DNA of 64,000 bases from NCBI GenBank assembly GCA_030149285.1, contig JASBRU010000006.1, forward strand, positions 64,170 to 128,169, written 5' to 3'. Both the position numbers and the translations under genes were made by a program. Positions 16,457 through 26,213 of this stretch are shown here, piece after piece (positions within the stretch are counted from its first letter, which is position 1; every line of letters begins with the position of its first letter). This DNA is from Flavobacteriales bacterium. Its GTDB lineage: Bacteria; Bacteroidota; Bacteroidia; Flavobacteriales; JASBRU01. The notes beneath the pieces are model-generated. The model made no database searches, was not told the origin of the DNA, and worked only from the letters and a program-made list of their open reading frames with translations.

Positions 16457-18049
16457 ATGAAAGCTACGAAGTTTATCATATTCTTACTACTTCTTACCCT
16501 AAACTTATCAGTTAATGCTCAGTTTACAGAAAAAAATATTGTTTTTGCTGATGAAAACTATATGAAAAAAGATAAAAAATCTGACTGGGCTTTAAATAAC
16601 TGGGTGCTAAGAGAAGATATTGAAGATGCCCAATACACAATCTATTGGGATAAAGAGAAAACAGAAAAGGCAAGTTTTATCTGGAAGCATGAGGGAAGTA
16701 TAATTGGCATTACCCATTATAGTAAAGACGGGCTTATAAATAAAGCGGTTCACTTTTATGGACCATACAGAGCATTAATGGCCACAAAGCTAGACTCCTT
16801 GCACTACACCTTACGCTATTACAACTTATGGGAAGGTCCTAAAGAAGAAAATATAATCCCAAATATTACTCACACAAAAAGTTACCTAAGTGGTTTTTAC
16901 AAAGGAAAATTTACTGGCTATATAGACTATTATAATATTGACAAGGAACTCGCTTTTACTGAATACTATAAAAATGATGAGCTTGCAGTAAAAGATTATT
17001 ACCAAAATAAAAAACTAATCCAGCGAACTTATGACTCATATATATATGATTATTATAAGACCGATAAGTTAAAATCAGTAATAGATACTAGCCAACGTAT
17101 TCAAACCGAATTTTATAAAAATGGGAATATTAAAAATGAGGGGGCGTACTTCAATAACAAAAAGATGGGCTGGTGGAAAAACTTCAACAAAAAAGAAGAA
17201 TTAATTGATAGCACTAATCATGGTAACTATAACTTCCCCCTAAGTTTTCACAAAGGCACTTACAAATTAAAACATCTCAAGAGTTATCCCCTGAAGGATG
17301 ACACCTTATATGTTGCTCACTATGGATACACTATCTCAAACCCAAAAACCGGATGTATGATAAGTGATGAGCTTATCCAGTTATATAAAAGCAATGCAGA
17401 TTCTTTATTAAACCTAATTAATAAATCCTTATCATCTATTGATGCAGGAAAATTTGAAAGTAATTCCGAAGAAGACTATGAAAGTTGTTTTATCGAAAAG
17501 AAAAATGAAAAATTTATAGCCTACAAACAATCATTCACAACTAACCTCTACAATACTAACGCATCAGAACCTGACACTTCTACCTTTAATGAAGAAGAGG
17601 AATATGAGGAACGGTATGAAAACACACAAAGTGCCCATACAAACTACATAGACAGCACTTTATACAGCATGAGTTATAGTTATTGGAATTATTACGGTGG
17701 GGCACACGGCAATTTTGGAGAAACACCCTTTAATTTTGACTTAACTAATGGTAAAGCAATTTATATAGAAGGTGTTTTCAAAACTGATTCTGCATCAAGC
17801 TCTAAACTATTAATCCTCCTTAAAGAAAAAATCGGATTTGAAACTGAGGACTTTGATATTGGTGAAATAGGCTTTACAGAAGAGTACATTTATGTTTATT
17901 ATGCCCCTTACTCAATAGGTGGCTGGCAACCTGTATATGTATACCTGTCATATACTGATATAAAACCATTCCTTAAGCAGAATTTCATTAAAAAACACAG
18001 TCAATACATCAAAAAGCTATCCAGTTATACAAGTGAGGATTTACCCTGA
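16457..18049 (+). CDS. Secreted protein with MORN-variant (YwqK-like) repeats and a DUF3298/RsiV-like C-terminal domain
   Basis: Repeats EYYKNDELAVKDYYQNKKL..., EFYKNGNIKNEGAYFNNKKMGWWKNF. The C-terminal block SYSYWNYYGGAHGNFG carries the GGAHG signature of DUF3298. Confidence 0.55.
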   Translation: MKATKFIIFLLLLTLNLSVNAQFTEKNIVFADENYMKKDKKSDWALNNWVLREDIEDAQYTIYWDKEKTEKASFIWKHEGSIIGITHYSKDGLINKAVHFYGPYRALMATKLDSLHYTLRYYNLWEGPKEENIIPNITHTKSYLSGFYKGKFTGYIDYYNIDKELAFTEYYKNDELAVKDYYQNKKLIQRTYDSYIYDYYKTDKLKSVIDTSQRIQTEFYKNGNIKNEGAYFNNKKMGWWKNFNKKEELIDSTNHGNYNFPLSFHKGTYKLKHLKSYPLKDDTLYVAHYGYTISNPKTGCMISDELIQLYKSNADSLLNLINKSLSSIDAGKFESNSEEDYESCFIEKKNEKFIAYKQSFTTNLYNTNASEPDTSTFNEEEEYEERYENTQSAHTNYIDSTLYSMSYSYWNYYGGAHGNFGETPFNFDLTNGKAIYIEGVFKTDSASSSKLLILLKEKIGFETEDFDIGEIGFTEEYIYVYYAPYSIGGWQPVYVYLSYTDIKPFLKQNFIKKHSQYIKKLSSYTSEDLP

Positions 18050-18162
18050 TAATAAATTATTTTTTTGTTATTACAGAAGCTTATCTTAAGTAAGACAAAA
18101 TAATTATACATTTGTAAAGTTAACTTCTTTCTTATCTTCTATTTTACTATAATAACCTTATC

Positions 18163-19488
18163 ATGAAAGTAACCTTTATTAGCCAAGCATCAATGATTGT
18201 TGAAACAGAGGATTGTGTAATATGGTCTGACCCATGGCTATTTGGCAAGGCATTTAATGATTCTTGGGCTTTATTTCCAGAACCAAATTTCTCTGAAGAT
18301 TGGTATGGTAAAATAACTCATCTTTGGATTTCCCATGAACACCCAGACCACTTCAATATTCCAACTTTGAAATCATTACCTAAAGATTTTAAAGAAAGTG
18401 TTACTGTGCTATTCCAAAAAAACAACTCAGACAAAATGCCAAAAGCATTCAAGATGCTAGGGTTTAAAAAAGTTACATTACTGAAGAACAGAAAAGTTAC
18501 TTCTATATCTGATAAGACTAAGGTTCACAACTGTCAAGTTGGACAAATGGACTCTTCTTTAGCAATTATTTCTGAAGGAAAAACTTTACTAAATGTAAAT
18601 GACTGTGAAATAAATAGCGTTGACTGCAAAAACTACCTTAAAGACTTAGGTAAAGTTGATGGCGTATTTAATCAGTTTTCAATGGCCGGATACAATGGAC
18701 AAATTGATTACGATATTCATTTACCTAAAAGTGCTGAACAAATATTAAATAATATGGTAGCCAACCATAGAGATTTAAAAGCTAGTTTCTCTATACCATT
18801 TGCAAGCAATATATACTTCTGTTGCGAAGACAACAAGCATATAAATTTATATGCTAACACTCCAACTGACGTAGAAAACAAATTCAAAAATGAAAATCTT
18901 GATTGTTGTATACTATACCCTGGCGAAACCGTTGATGTTGATAATTACAAAAAGCATGATAATACAAGTTCATTAGAAAGCTTTAAAAAATTATATAGCA
19001 AAAAAGACTCATTAATTTACGATTCACCTGAAAAAGTCGAAATTGATTTAATTAAGGAAGCTTTTACTGAAAGATTTATTCAGTTAAATAGTAAATTCTC
19101 TAAAATTGTTCTAAAAAAATTAAAACCAGTTATCGTTTATATTCCCGATTTAAATAAAAAAGTTCGTTTATCCCTTTATTCAGGTATTTTTGAAATAATT
19201 GAGGATAATAACAAAGATAACTTTGATCTACAGATTAACTCTCAACCGTTATTCTTTTCATTTAAGTTCACATGGGGATTACAAACTCTAGGGGTTTCTG
19301 CAAGATATTTTATTAAAAATAATCATACTACATGGAGGTGGTATAGAATAATTACTTCTTTAAATAATGCAGAGCTATATTTAAAACCTAAGTATATTCT
19401 TTCAAAATCAAATTTAAACTTTATGAAAGATCGACTAGGAGGTAGTATAAATCAACTAGTGTATAGACTTAAAATTATGAAACAATAG
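18163..19488 (+). CDS. MBL-fold metallo-hydrolase with ~200-aa C-terminal extension
   Basis: HxHxDH motif in HLWISHEHPDHF near the N-terminus. The 3' end overlaps the 3' end of the convergent spanin-like gene by 33 nt. Confidence 0.65.
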   Translation: MKVTFISQASMIVETEDCVIWSDPWLFGKAFNDSWALFPEPNFSEDWYGKITHLWISHEHPDHFNIPTLKSLPKDFKESVTVLFQKNNSDKMPKAFKMLGFKKVTLLKNRKVTSISDKTKVHNCQVGQMDSSLAIISEGKTLLNVNDCEINSVDCKNYLKDLGKVDGVFNQFSMAGYNGQIDYDIHLPKSAEQILNNMVANHRDLKASFSIPFASNIYFCCEDNKHINLYANTPTDVENKFKNENLDCCILYPGETVDVDNYKKHDNTSSLESFKKLYSKKDSLIYDSPEKVEIDLIKEAFTERFIQLNSKFSKIVLKKLKPVIVYIPDLNKKVRLSLYSGIFEIIEDNNKDNFDLQINSQPLFFSFKFTWGLQTLGVSARYFIKNNHTTWRWYRIITSLNNAELYLKPKYILSKSNLNFMKDRLGGSINQLVYRLKIMKQ

Positions 19489-19905
19489 CTTCATAATTAC
19501 TACAAAAACAATTATTAATATTAACTTCCCGAACAATCTGTAATGTAATGGTACTTTGTAATTTTGCATAAACTTTTCATATGGCACTTTTATCGTTGAA
19601 TAAATAGTATCTGCTTTACAAGAAGCATCTATTTTTATTGTATCAAACTCTCTAATCAACTTTACACTTAGCTTTTCTTTTTCAATAAAAAGAGTATCTC
19701 TTTTTTCAGTTAAAAAAGCTGAGTCTAAAACTACTTCAGGTACTAATACTTTGTGGTTTACATGTAAGGTATCTTTTATCTTTAATTCCGGATACTCGCT
19801 AGTTATCTTATCTATTTTTCTACTGGCTCTATTTACTTTACATGACCTAGATAGACAACAGGAAGAAAAGAAAACCACAATAAAAATTCCAATAATCCAC
19901 TTCAT
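19456..19905 (-). CDS. Unimolecular (u-)spanin-like lysis protein
   Basis: N-terminal lipoprotein signal MKWIIGIFIVVFFSSC plus C-terminal TM helix LFGKLILIIVFVVIMKLLF. It is the last gene of the lysis cassette, and its ATG overlaps the stop of the upstream holin-like ORF (ATGA). Confidence 0.5.
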   Translation of the reverse strand: MKWIIGIFIVVFFSSCCLSRSCKVNRASRKIDKITSEYPELKIKDTLHVNHKVLVPEVVLDSAFLTEKRDTLFIEKEKLSVKLIREFDTIKIDASCKADTIYSTIKVPYEKFMQNYKVPLHYRLFGKLILIIVFVVIMKLLFHNFKSIH

Positions 19906-20072
19906 AATTTAGGCTTTGGGTCTTTCACAAACAATAAGGTAAATGCCATACCTAAAAATGCACTCACTTCTGTAAGCGTAGCCTTACCAAAATATACAAG
20001 GGTAAAGCAGATTATTAAAATAAATATACCTGTGAGTGATGTTTTTAGGTTTTTAAAAATTCTATCAATCAT
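19902..20072 (-). CDS. Holin-like small membrane protein (56 aa, below the ORF-track cutoff)
   Basis: Own translation: MIDRIFKNLKTSLTGIFILIICFTLVYFGKATLTEVSAFLGMAFTLLFVKDPKPKL. It has two hydrophobic segments and a charged tail, with ATGA overlaps to both neighbours. Confidence 0.5.
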   Translation of the reverse strand: MIDRIFKNLKTSLTGIFILIICFTLVYFGKATLTEVSAFLGMAFTLLFVKDPKPKL

Positions 20073-20500
20073 TTTTTAGGTTTTAACTTTCTATACCCCA
20101 AAACTCTAGTAATAGGATATGTAGATATATTAACTTGATTATTTTGATTACCCCCAAGCACATAAAGCTCATTACCAACTTGGTTTATAAATATACCCAC
20201 GTGTCCTTTCCAACTTCTTGGGCTTGAACGCCAAAAGACCACTATATCTCCTATTTCAGGACTATCAACTTCCTGACCAACGTTAAGCCATGAACGTGCA
20301 TTTAACTTTGCGGAATATTCTAATTCGGCTTGCTTGGCACACCAGTTTAAAAAAGCACTACACCAGGCCATTTCATCATCTTTTACCCACTCATGACCTA
20401 TTTCTTGAAAATATTTTAACACTTGAGGGTTGTGATTTTCACCACTTATTTCTTTTACACCGTATTGTGTAAATGCCATTTTTAGTAAATCTAAACTCAT
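20069..20500 (-). CDS. Phage endolysin-type cell-wall hydrolase (TIGR02594 / CHAP-NlpC/P60-like)
   Basis: EISGENHNPQVLKYFQ...WCSAFLNWC...GDIVVFWR...GHVGIF...GGNQNNQV is the characteristic layout of the TIGR02594 family, with catalytic Cys and His. Confidence 0.75.
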   Translation of the reverse strand: MSLDLLKMAFTQYGVKEISGENHNPQVLKYFQEIGHEWVKDDEMAWCSAFLNWCAKQAELEYSAKLNARSWLNVGQEVDSPEIGDIVVFWRSSPRSWKGHVGIFINQVGNELYVLGGNQNNQVNISTYPITRVLGYRKLKPKK

Positions 20501-20670
20501 TTTCTCTTTTTAGATTCAATTATCCACTTCCAAACTGTGTAAGAAATTGATATGAGTAGTAGTAGGAGTTTTAGGGAATCAATAACATTTGTGTACGTAA
20601 TTCCTATTATACTACCATTCAACAATAGTATTGTAAATGGATTCTCATATATTTTTATAAAACCATCCAT
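20497..20670 (-). CDS. Second holin/antiholin-like small membrane protein (57 aa, not in the ORF track)
   Basis: Own translation: MDGFIKIYENPFTILLLNGSIIGITYTNVIDSLKLLLLLISISYTVWKWIIESKKRK. It has two hydrophobic segments and a basic C-terminus. Its TGA overlaps the endolysin ATG. Confidence 0.45.
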   Translation of the reverse strand: MDGFIKIYENPFTILLLNGSIIGITYTNVIDSLKLLLLLISISYTVWKWIIESKKRK

Positions 20671-21482
20671 CAACTACCTATAGAATTTAAATATGAAATA
20701 AGGATATTATTTAATTTACTATGATCAATAGCTGATGTTCCGGCAAAAGCAAACTTGAGTTTTCCTTCTGGAATATAATACCCAGTAGGACTAGGAGTAT
20801 TATCCTTAGCTAGGATATATAGCTCCCCTGTTTCAGAAGTCGAATTTGGTGATAAACTATTCGTTTTCCTTACTAATCCAGATTTATACACGAAAATACC
20901 ATTCCCATTACGTCTTGTTGAGTATAGTGCTTCTGCACCCTCACTTTGCATTCCAAAAACATTTTGATTAGCTGGGTAATTTATTCTTACAGTATAAATA
21001 TCGGTACTGCCTATATCAGGGTTACTTGGTATAATATGATTAATTGAATCAAACCAAATCAATGTACTACTAGGCGCTGATGAAATTCTATTTGTAATAT
21101 AAGCCCCGAAAGCACAGTCTATGTGAGTGGTAAGTGAAGTCTCTGTATTCATTCGGTAGTCTGAATACAAGTATGATGACGTACCATCTGAGTTTACCCC
21201 TACATCTGTTGTAAAAGTTGGATTATTTACCGGTATTAAGTTATGATTATCCGCTTTCCAGTTTAATATTGCTGCTTGTGAATCATGTGCAGCCGTAAAG
21301 TAGATAACATCTAAATAATCCCATATACCCTCATCTTTTAAGGCTACAATGGTATCATTTACCACCTTTACTCTATCGGGGGTTGGTTTAACAGTCATCC
21401 TATCAATCAAGGAAACCGTTTCGGGCTCAACCAAACCATTATGTTTTTTTATTCCTATTCCTATTCCTTGACCTATTCTCAT
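20670..21482 (-). CDS. Phage structural protein (possible tail fibre/host-recognition component)
   Basis: 270-aa ORF directly upstream of the lysis cassette. It is Ser/Thr/Asn-rich and beta-rich, with no recognisable motif. Confidence 0.4.
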   Translation of the reverse strand: MRIGQGIGIGIKKHNGLVEPETVSLIDRMTVKPTPDRVKVVNDTIVALKDEGIWDYLDVIYFTAAHDSQAAILNWKADNHNLIPVNNPTFTTDVGVNSDGTSSYLYSDYRMNTETSLTTHIDCAFGAYITNRISSAPSSTLIWFDSINHIIPSNPDIGSTDIYTVRINYPANQNVFGMQSEGAEALYSTRRNGNGIFVYKSGLVRKTNSLSPNSTSETGELYILAKDNTPSPTGYYIPEGKLKFAFAGTSAIDHSKLNNILISYLNSIGS

Positions 21483-21486
21483 AATC

Positions 21487-21744
21487 TTAATCTATTGCTG
21501 CTGCAAGTGTACCTGATGAAACCTCAATTTGAGAGAAGCTTCCTTCCAACACATCACCATTTGCAACATGGTCGTTAAAAAAATCGAGCATATCTGTTAA
21601 GTCATTACCATGTAAATCTTTCAATACAGAAAGAGTTGCACCGGTAATACTTTTTTTGATGGCAAAATAGGCTCCGTCTAAATCGTTTGAACTTGTGCAT
21701 ATATCCCAATTTCTTTGGGCGTGCATTCTATTATTTGGTGTCAT
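21487..21744 (-). CDS. Hypothetical phage protein
   Basis: 85-aa ORF, tightly spaced within the operon. Confidence 0.45.
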   Translation of the reverse strand: MTPNNRMHAQRNWDICTSSNDLDGAYFAIKKSITGATLSVLKDLHGNDLTDMLDFFNDHVANGDVLEGSFSQIEVSSGTLAAAID

Positions 21745-21757
21745 TTTTTATGTTTTT

Positions 21758-22237
21758 TTAGTATAAATAAATACCTTGATAATCTGAATCTGATGATAGG
21801 TTGTATGAAGAAAAGTCTGAAGCATTATCACAGATAAACTTTAATGCTTCTGCAGCATAAAACCGTGCATTATTGAGTTGCTCATCTCTTAAGTACTTAA
21901 ACTCTATAAAGTCCGAACCCTCACTAAACTCACTTTTACCAATCATGATTCCCTTATTCACAATTTTTTGCCTAATGAGTGGTAAAGCTTCATACAAAGT
22001 ATAATGAGCCAAAGCAGGTTTCAGGTAGTCAGTTAATAAAGATTCATTACTGCCGGTATAAGTTTCTGCAACTGTTTCATTTTGGAGAGTTTCATACAAG
22101 TCCTCTCCTACTAGCGGCTTTATGTGCTTCAGTTGTGATTTAGAGATATGTTTCTCTAATAATGTGATGTCTATTTGGCTACCAACAGCTGTAATATCTA
22201 TTACTTCTGTTGCTGTGATTAATGCTGTTTCTGCCAT
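21758..22237 (-). CDS. Hypothetical phage protein (possible head-tail adaptor)
   Basis: 159 aa, helical, start/stop-coupled to the portal gene at 22237. The function is a guess from position only. Confidence 0.4.
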   Translation of the reverse strand: MAETALITATEVIDITAVGSQIDITLLEKHISKSQLKHIKPLVGEDLYETLQNETVAETYTGSNESLLTDYLKPALAHYTLYEALPLIRQKIVNKGIMIGKSEFSEGSDFIEFKYLRDEQLNNARFYAAEALKFICDNASDFSSYNLSSDSDYQGIYLY

Positions 22238-23484
22238 TATTTGAGTAGGTTTATAAGTGCTGTATCATATTGCTCTTGGCTGATGGCTTTTTCATCTAAA
22301 AGAGTTTTAAACCCCGAAATTTCTGCGGCAATACCCCTTGGAATAAAGGATACAGGTAAAGAAGTTTGTATTGATAAACTCTCTGGATTAACAGCTTTTT
22401 CATTTACTAAAACGGTTTCTAACCTTTTAAGAATAGTTCGCTGTACTTCACCAATGGTGTTTTTCATAGCTAACTCAAACTCCGTACGAATTTGCTGATT
22501 ACTACCTAACTTTCCTTCGGTTTGAATACCTGCAAGAGATGCGTAATACTGATGTGCCGTGATGATATTTTCTCTGGCCAATTTTTGTAGTTCTGTAAAA
22601 GAGCCTTCTGCCAAATCATTCAATAAAGTAATTCTGGTAGACTCATCTATAGAGTCTAATACCTGCACAATTACTTTTGCATTATTATCCTCACCTGTAA
22701 AGTTTTTGATTAAGTCTGAAGCCAGTCTCTCCTTATCTTCATCCGAAGTACCCGGTGCAACTAAATCTACTAAAGCACTTGGGCGAAAATCATTCTGAAA
22801 ACGAGAGTAGTTATATTTTCCTGTTAGGTAATCAATATCTAACCAACCACTTGTATAAGCTCCAACCCATTCTGGCACTCCATAGTCCTCAAAGCCGATT
22901 TCATAATCTTTAATATGAAGTATTGAGCGCTGCACCCCTTTTTCAGGCTTAGAAAACTCCGGATACAAAGGGATTTTTACAGCTTCTTTTGGCAAACTAT
23001 TTTGCCTTTTACGCTCTATTTCTCCCCAGTTTGGGTATAAAACAGCTACTTGTTTTTCGCCTTGCTTTGGATTGGATAAGCGAACTTTTGTAGGGTCTTT
23101 ATGATACAAGAACACATCGTTCCCGGATTTTACAATTTCTACCCAAACGTTAGCGCCTACCCAAAAATCAGCATAAAGCTTCTTTAATACCTCATTTAAA
23201 CTTTCACCATTTGTATTGATACGTTCAGATTTGGATTTTGCCTTGTTGTTTGCAGCCATTATACCATCGCCCAAACATAGCTTGGTTTTAGAGGTAATGC
23301 ATGCTCTGTGTGTAGAGGATGTTCTATACTTTAATGCATAAATGTCCATTGCCTCAAACGGAATGTACTCTGATCGCAACTTTCGTTTATCTGAAACCGG
23401 AACTACATTTTTAGTTAGCTCAGCAACTTTGGCTACAATACGCTTGGTAATAGGTTGCTTAGTTTTCTTCTGCTGTTGCATCAA
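22237..23484 (-). CDS. Phage portal protein
   Basis: 415 aa. The central block YGVPEWVGAYTSGWLDIDYL...FRPSALVDLV...AKVIVQV has the layout of PBSX/P2-type portal families. Confidence 0.6.
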   Translation of the reverse strand: MMQQQKKTKQPITKRIVAKVAELTKNVVPVSDKRKLRSEYIPFEAMDIYALKYRTSSTHRACITSKTKLCLGDGIMAANNKAKSKSERINTNGESLNEVLKKLYADFWVGANVWVEIVKSGNDVFLYHKDPTKVRLSNPKQGEKQVAVLYPNWGEIERKRQNSLPKEAVKIPLYPEFSKPEKGVQRSILHIKDYEIGFEDYGVPEWVGAYTSGWLDIDYLTGKYNYSRFQNDFRPSALVDLVAPGTSDEDKERLASDLIKNFTGEDNNAKVIVQVLDSIDESTRITLLNDLAEGSFTELQKLARENIITAHQYYASLAGIQTEGKLGSNQQIRTEFELAMKNTIGEVQRTILKRLETVLVNEKAVNPESLSIQTSLPVSFIPRGIAAEISGFKTLLDEKAISQEQYDTALINLLK

Positions 23485-23629
23485 GTAGTTCTATTAAATC
23501 GGTATAAATACCTCTGTTATATAAAATACCTAGTTGGCGATTATTGGCTGATAAAAGGTTTATTTTATGCTTACCAAAGTAGATATCTACATCTGGTGCG
23601 CCCTCTTTAAGTTTATATTTCTTTGCCAT
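23459..23629 (-). CDS. Hypothetical small phage protein
   Basis: Start moved to MAKKYKLKEG (ATG 23629). It overlaps the portal start. Confidence 0.35.
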   Translation of the reverse strand: MAKKYKLKEGAPDVDIYFGKHKINLLSANNRQLGILYNRGIYTDLIELLDATAEEN

Positions 23630-23679
23630 TGGTTTAGGTTTTAAATTGAAAAGAAGGGGTGCTGTGCACCCCAAATGAT

Positions 23680-24213
23680 TTATACTAATGGTGATTCCAT
23701 TACTACAGATGTTGTGTACATCTTTTCAGCTGAAAGGTTATTCTTTAGCACAATTGTCTCACCATTTTGGTCTTTTAAAGCTTTACCACTAGTACTATCG
23801 TCAGATGATAGCATTAAAGAAGCTTGCAGATTGATTATATCATCCCAACCCACAAAGTAAGTTTCGCCACTATACAGTTCCACTACAGCCACTACTCCTT
23901 TTGCCGAAGCAATACCCATAATAGCCTCTCTGTTAGCAGCACTTAAGCTTGGTGTAAAAATCTCAATCTCTTGAGACCAAGTAGAAACTCCATTTTCTCT
24001 CTCATGAGATTCTCTCAATTCTGCGGTAAACTCTTCAAACTTAAACTCAACGAATGTTTCACTATTAAGCATTGCAATAGCACTTACAACCCCGCCTGTT
24101 ACAGTAGCAGAGTCTATTGATTGTTCATCAGCTAAATAGAGAGTCTTGACACCTCCTTTTGCAGTTTTGTTTTCACTGGAAACGTCTGTACCAGTTGTTA
24201 TAAATGTTGCCAT
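23680..24213 (-). CDS. Phage structural protein (possible major tail tube or head-decoration protein)
   Basis: 177 aa, beta-rich, immediately downstream of the capsid gene. Confidence 0.4.
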   Translation of the reverse strand: MATFITTGTDVSSENKTAKGGVKTLYLADEQSIDSATVTGGVVSAIAMLNSETFVEFKFEEFTAELRESHERENGVSTWSQEIEIFTPSLSAANREAIMGIASAKGVVAVVELYSGETYFVGWDDIINLQASLMLSSDDSTSGKALKDQNGETIVLKNNLSAEKMYTTSVVMESPLV

Positions 24214-24239
24214 TTGTTATTTAATATTTAGGTTTTTAA

Positions 24240-25235
24240 TTAGTCTGCAAGTGCAGTTACTGTTAATTCATCATTTAAATACTGTACACCAACCACATAC
24301 TTCACGCGCATACGGTTTTCTTCTTCATCTTGGTTGTACCATTCTTCGGCTTCGCCTTCGTTGTAATCTGTACCAATTACAATGTTGTTTTTCACGGTAA
24401 AAATGGCTCTGTGTGGGTCTGTTGCTAAAGAATCGATAGCAATATGCGTATCCCATTCTCTACGCTCTATTACCGGAATACCATTCCAGGTAAGTGTAGG
24501 CACACCATTAATTAAGGCAGTGTTTGCAGTTTCTGTACCCCAACCAATATTTTGTAAGCTCTCACGGTAGTTTTGAGCCATAGAACGAGACACCATAATT
24601 ACAGCATCCTCTTCTAACTCCAATAATTCCGGTGGAGCGGCATCGTACATTGCTTCAAAAGTGCTTAAAGCTGCATCTATACCCAATGCACCAGCATCAA
24701 TGGTTAGTTTTTGACCAGAAGGAAGCCCTTCTAACACTTTAAAAATACCATCATATAAACGGTAGTTTTCTGCTAAAGCCTGAGCTGTTGCATCGCCACC
24801 CGGATCACCTAGGGTAACATCGCCAAAAAATAACTGACGGTTTAAATCTCGGATTACAGCACTACGGAATGTATCTGCTACAATCTCTTTTAACACAGTT
24901 CCGTCAATATCATCTTTTTGGTAGCCTCTACGTAAAGCCTCACCTTTTACGGAGCTCCAAAATGCATTACCACCTTGTGATGCTTCTGCTTTTGCACGAA
25001 CTACCGTTAAGGTTTTTTGGTCATAAACACTTCCGCCATCGCCCGAAAAGCCTTTGGAATATGCTTTTGTAATTTTCTCTAGTTTAGAGAACTTGTCTAG
25101 TTTAATTGACCCTTTTACATCTTGTATTACATGAAAGATGTCGGTTACAGGGTTTCCCACAAACATTGGTTGCAAGAAGTAGCGTTGTGCATCTTCGCCA
25201 ATGTAACTAAGGGAATGTGTGAACATTTCTGCCAT
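24240..25235 (-). CDS. Major capsid protein (HK97-fold type inferred)
   Basis: 331 aa, directly downstream of the protease/scaffold gene. Size and position are typical. No motif-level proof. Confidence 0.55.
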   Translation of the reverse strand: MAEMFTHSLSYIGEDAQRYFLQPMFVGNPVTDIFHVIQDVKGSIKLDKFSKLEKITKAYSKGFSGDGGSVYDQKTLTVVRAKAEASQGGNAFWSSVKGEALRRGYQKDDIDGTVLKEIVADTFRSAVIRDLNRQLFFGDVTLGDPGGDATAQALAENYRLYDGIFKVLEGLPSGQKLTIDAGALGIDAALSTFEAMYDAAPPELLELEEDAVIMVSRSMAQNYRESLQNIGWGTETANTALINGVPTLTWNGIPVIERREWDTHIAIDSLATDPHRAIFTVKNNIVIGTDYNEGEAEEWYNQDEEENRMRVKYVVGVQYLNDELTVTALAD

Positions 25236-25267
25236 TGTTATTTATTTAGGATTGATTGTTAAGGTTT

Positions 25268-26143
25268 TTATTTAGGAAGGGAATTTGCCAACTGATCTGC
25301 GGCTAAATCGAAAGGTGTTTTCTTAGGTATGCCGTCAACCTCTGGGTCTCCGGAGCCTGCAACAACAGTTTCTACTGCTCTTGCTTCGGCCAACTGAGCT
25401 TCTAGCTCTGTTACTTTTTCTTCTAAGTTTTTAATGTGGTTTTGAGCTGTATTTGCTTGGGTACCTGCCTCAAGCAAATTATCTTCCAACTCTTTTATTT
25501 TGTTTTGAGCAGCTTTGTCTTGCTTATCAAAAAATGCAGATAGCTTATTGAAAAAGCCTTTATCTTCTGCCAGGTTTTCTTCGGGTTTCATATAGTTTAT
25601 AGAATTGCGTTTGCTAAATCTGGTGGCATCTATCATGGCTGCCATTTTTGGGGCTTCGGCTTTAGAGTCGCAAAAACCCATATCTACTGCTTCGTCATCA
25701 GTAAACCAAGTTTCGGCAGTCATTAAGTCTCTTACTTGTTGCTCATCTAGTCCTGTTTTATTTACATAAACCGTAACCAGTTTATCATCTATTTGCTCTA
25801 GTAATTGGGTTTCTTTTTTTAGTTGTTCTGCATTGCCTACTCCCCAACTCCACGCATTGTGTATCATAAAACTGGCTCCTTCGCCAATAGATACTGTATC
25901 TGCCGCTAAGGCTATAATGGTAGCTATAGAAGCCGCTACACCATCAATCATTACGGATACTTTGTTACCGGCATTGCGGTGCTGAATAAGCGCATTGTAT
26001 ATTGCCCAACCTTCGTGTACCAATCCGCCGTAGGAGTTGATGTGAATTTCTAGGTCTTCATTGCCGGTTTCGGCTAAGGTTTCTCGGATTCCTTTGGCGG
26101 TAACATCCCAGCCAATATCTCCGTAAATAAGAATTTGTGCCAT
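25268..26143 (-). CDS. ClpP-like head-maturation protease fused to a coiled-coil scaffold-like C-terminus
   Basis: IHINSYGGLVHEGWAIYNAL...IDGVAASIATIIALAADTV...FMIHNAW is a ClpP/S14 layout (Ser in AAS, His in IHN). The C-terminal part, NKIKELEDNLLEAGTQANTAQNHIKNLEEKVTELEAQLAEA, is a coiled coil. Confidence 0.75.
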   Translation of the reverse strand: MAQILIYGDIGWDVTAKGIRETLAETGNEDLEIHINSYGGLVHEGWAIYNALIQHRNAGNKVSVMIDGVAASIATIIALAADTVSIGEGASFMIHNAWSWGVGNAEQLKKETQLLEQIDDKLVTVYVNKTGLDEQQVRDLMTAETWFTDDEAVDMGFCDSKAEAPKMAAMIDATRFSKRNSINYMKPEENLAEDKGFFNKLSAFFDKQDKAAQNKIKELEDNLLEAGTQANTAQNHIKNLEEKVTELEAQLAEARAVETVVAGSGDPEVDGIPKKTPFDLAADQLANSLPK

Positions 26144-26213
26144 TCAATAGGTTTTTTGTTGATACAAAGATTTGGAAATCAGTACAGGCTATATGCCCAC
26201 TTTTGGTACTATT

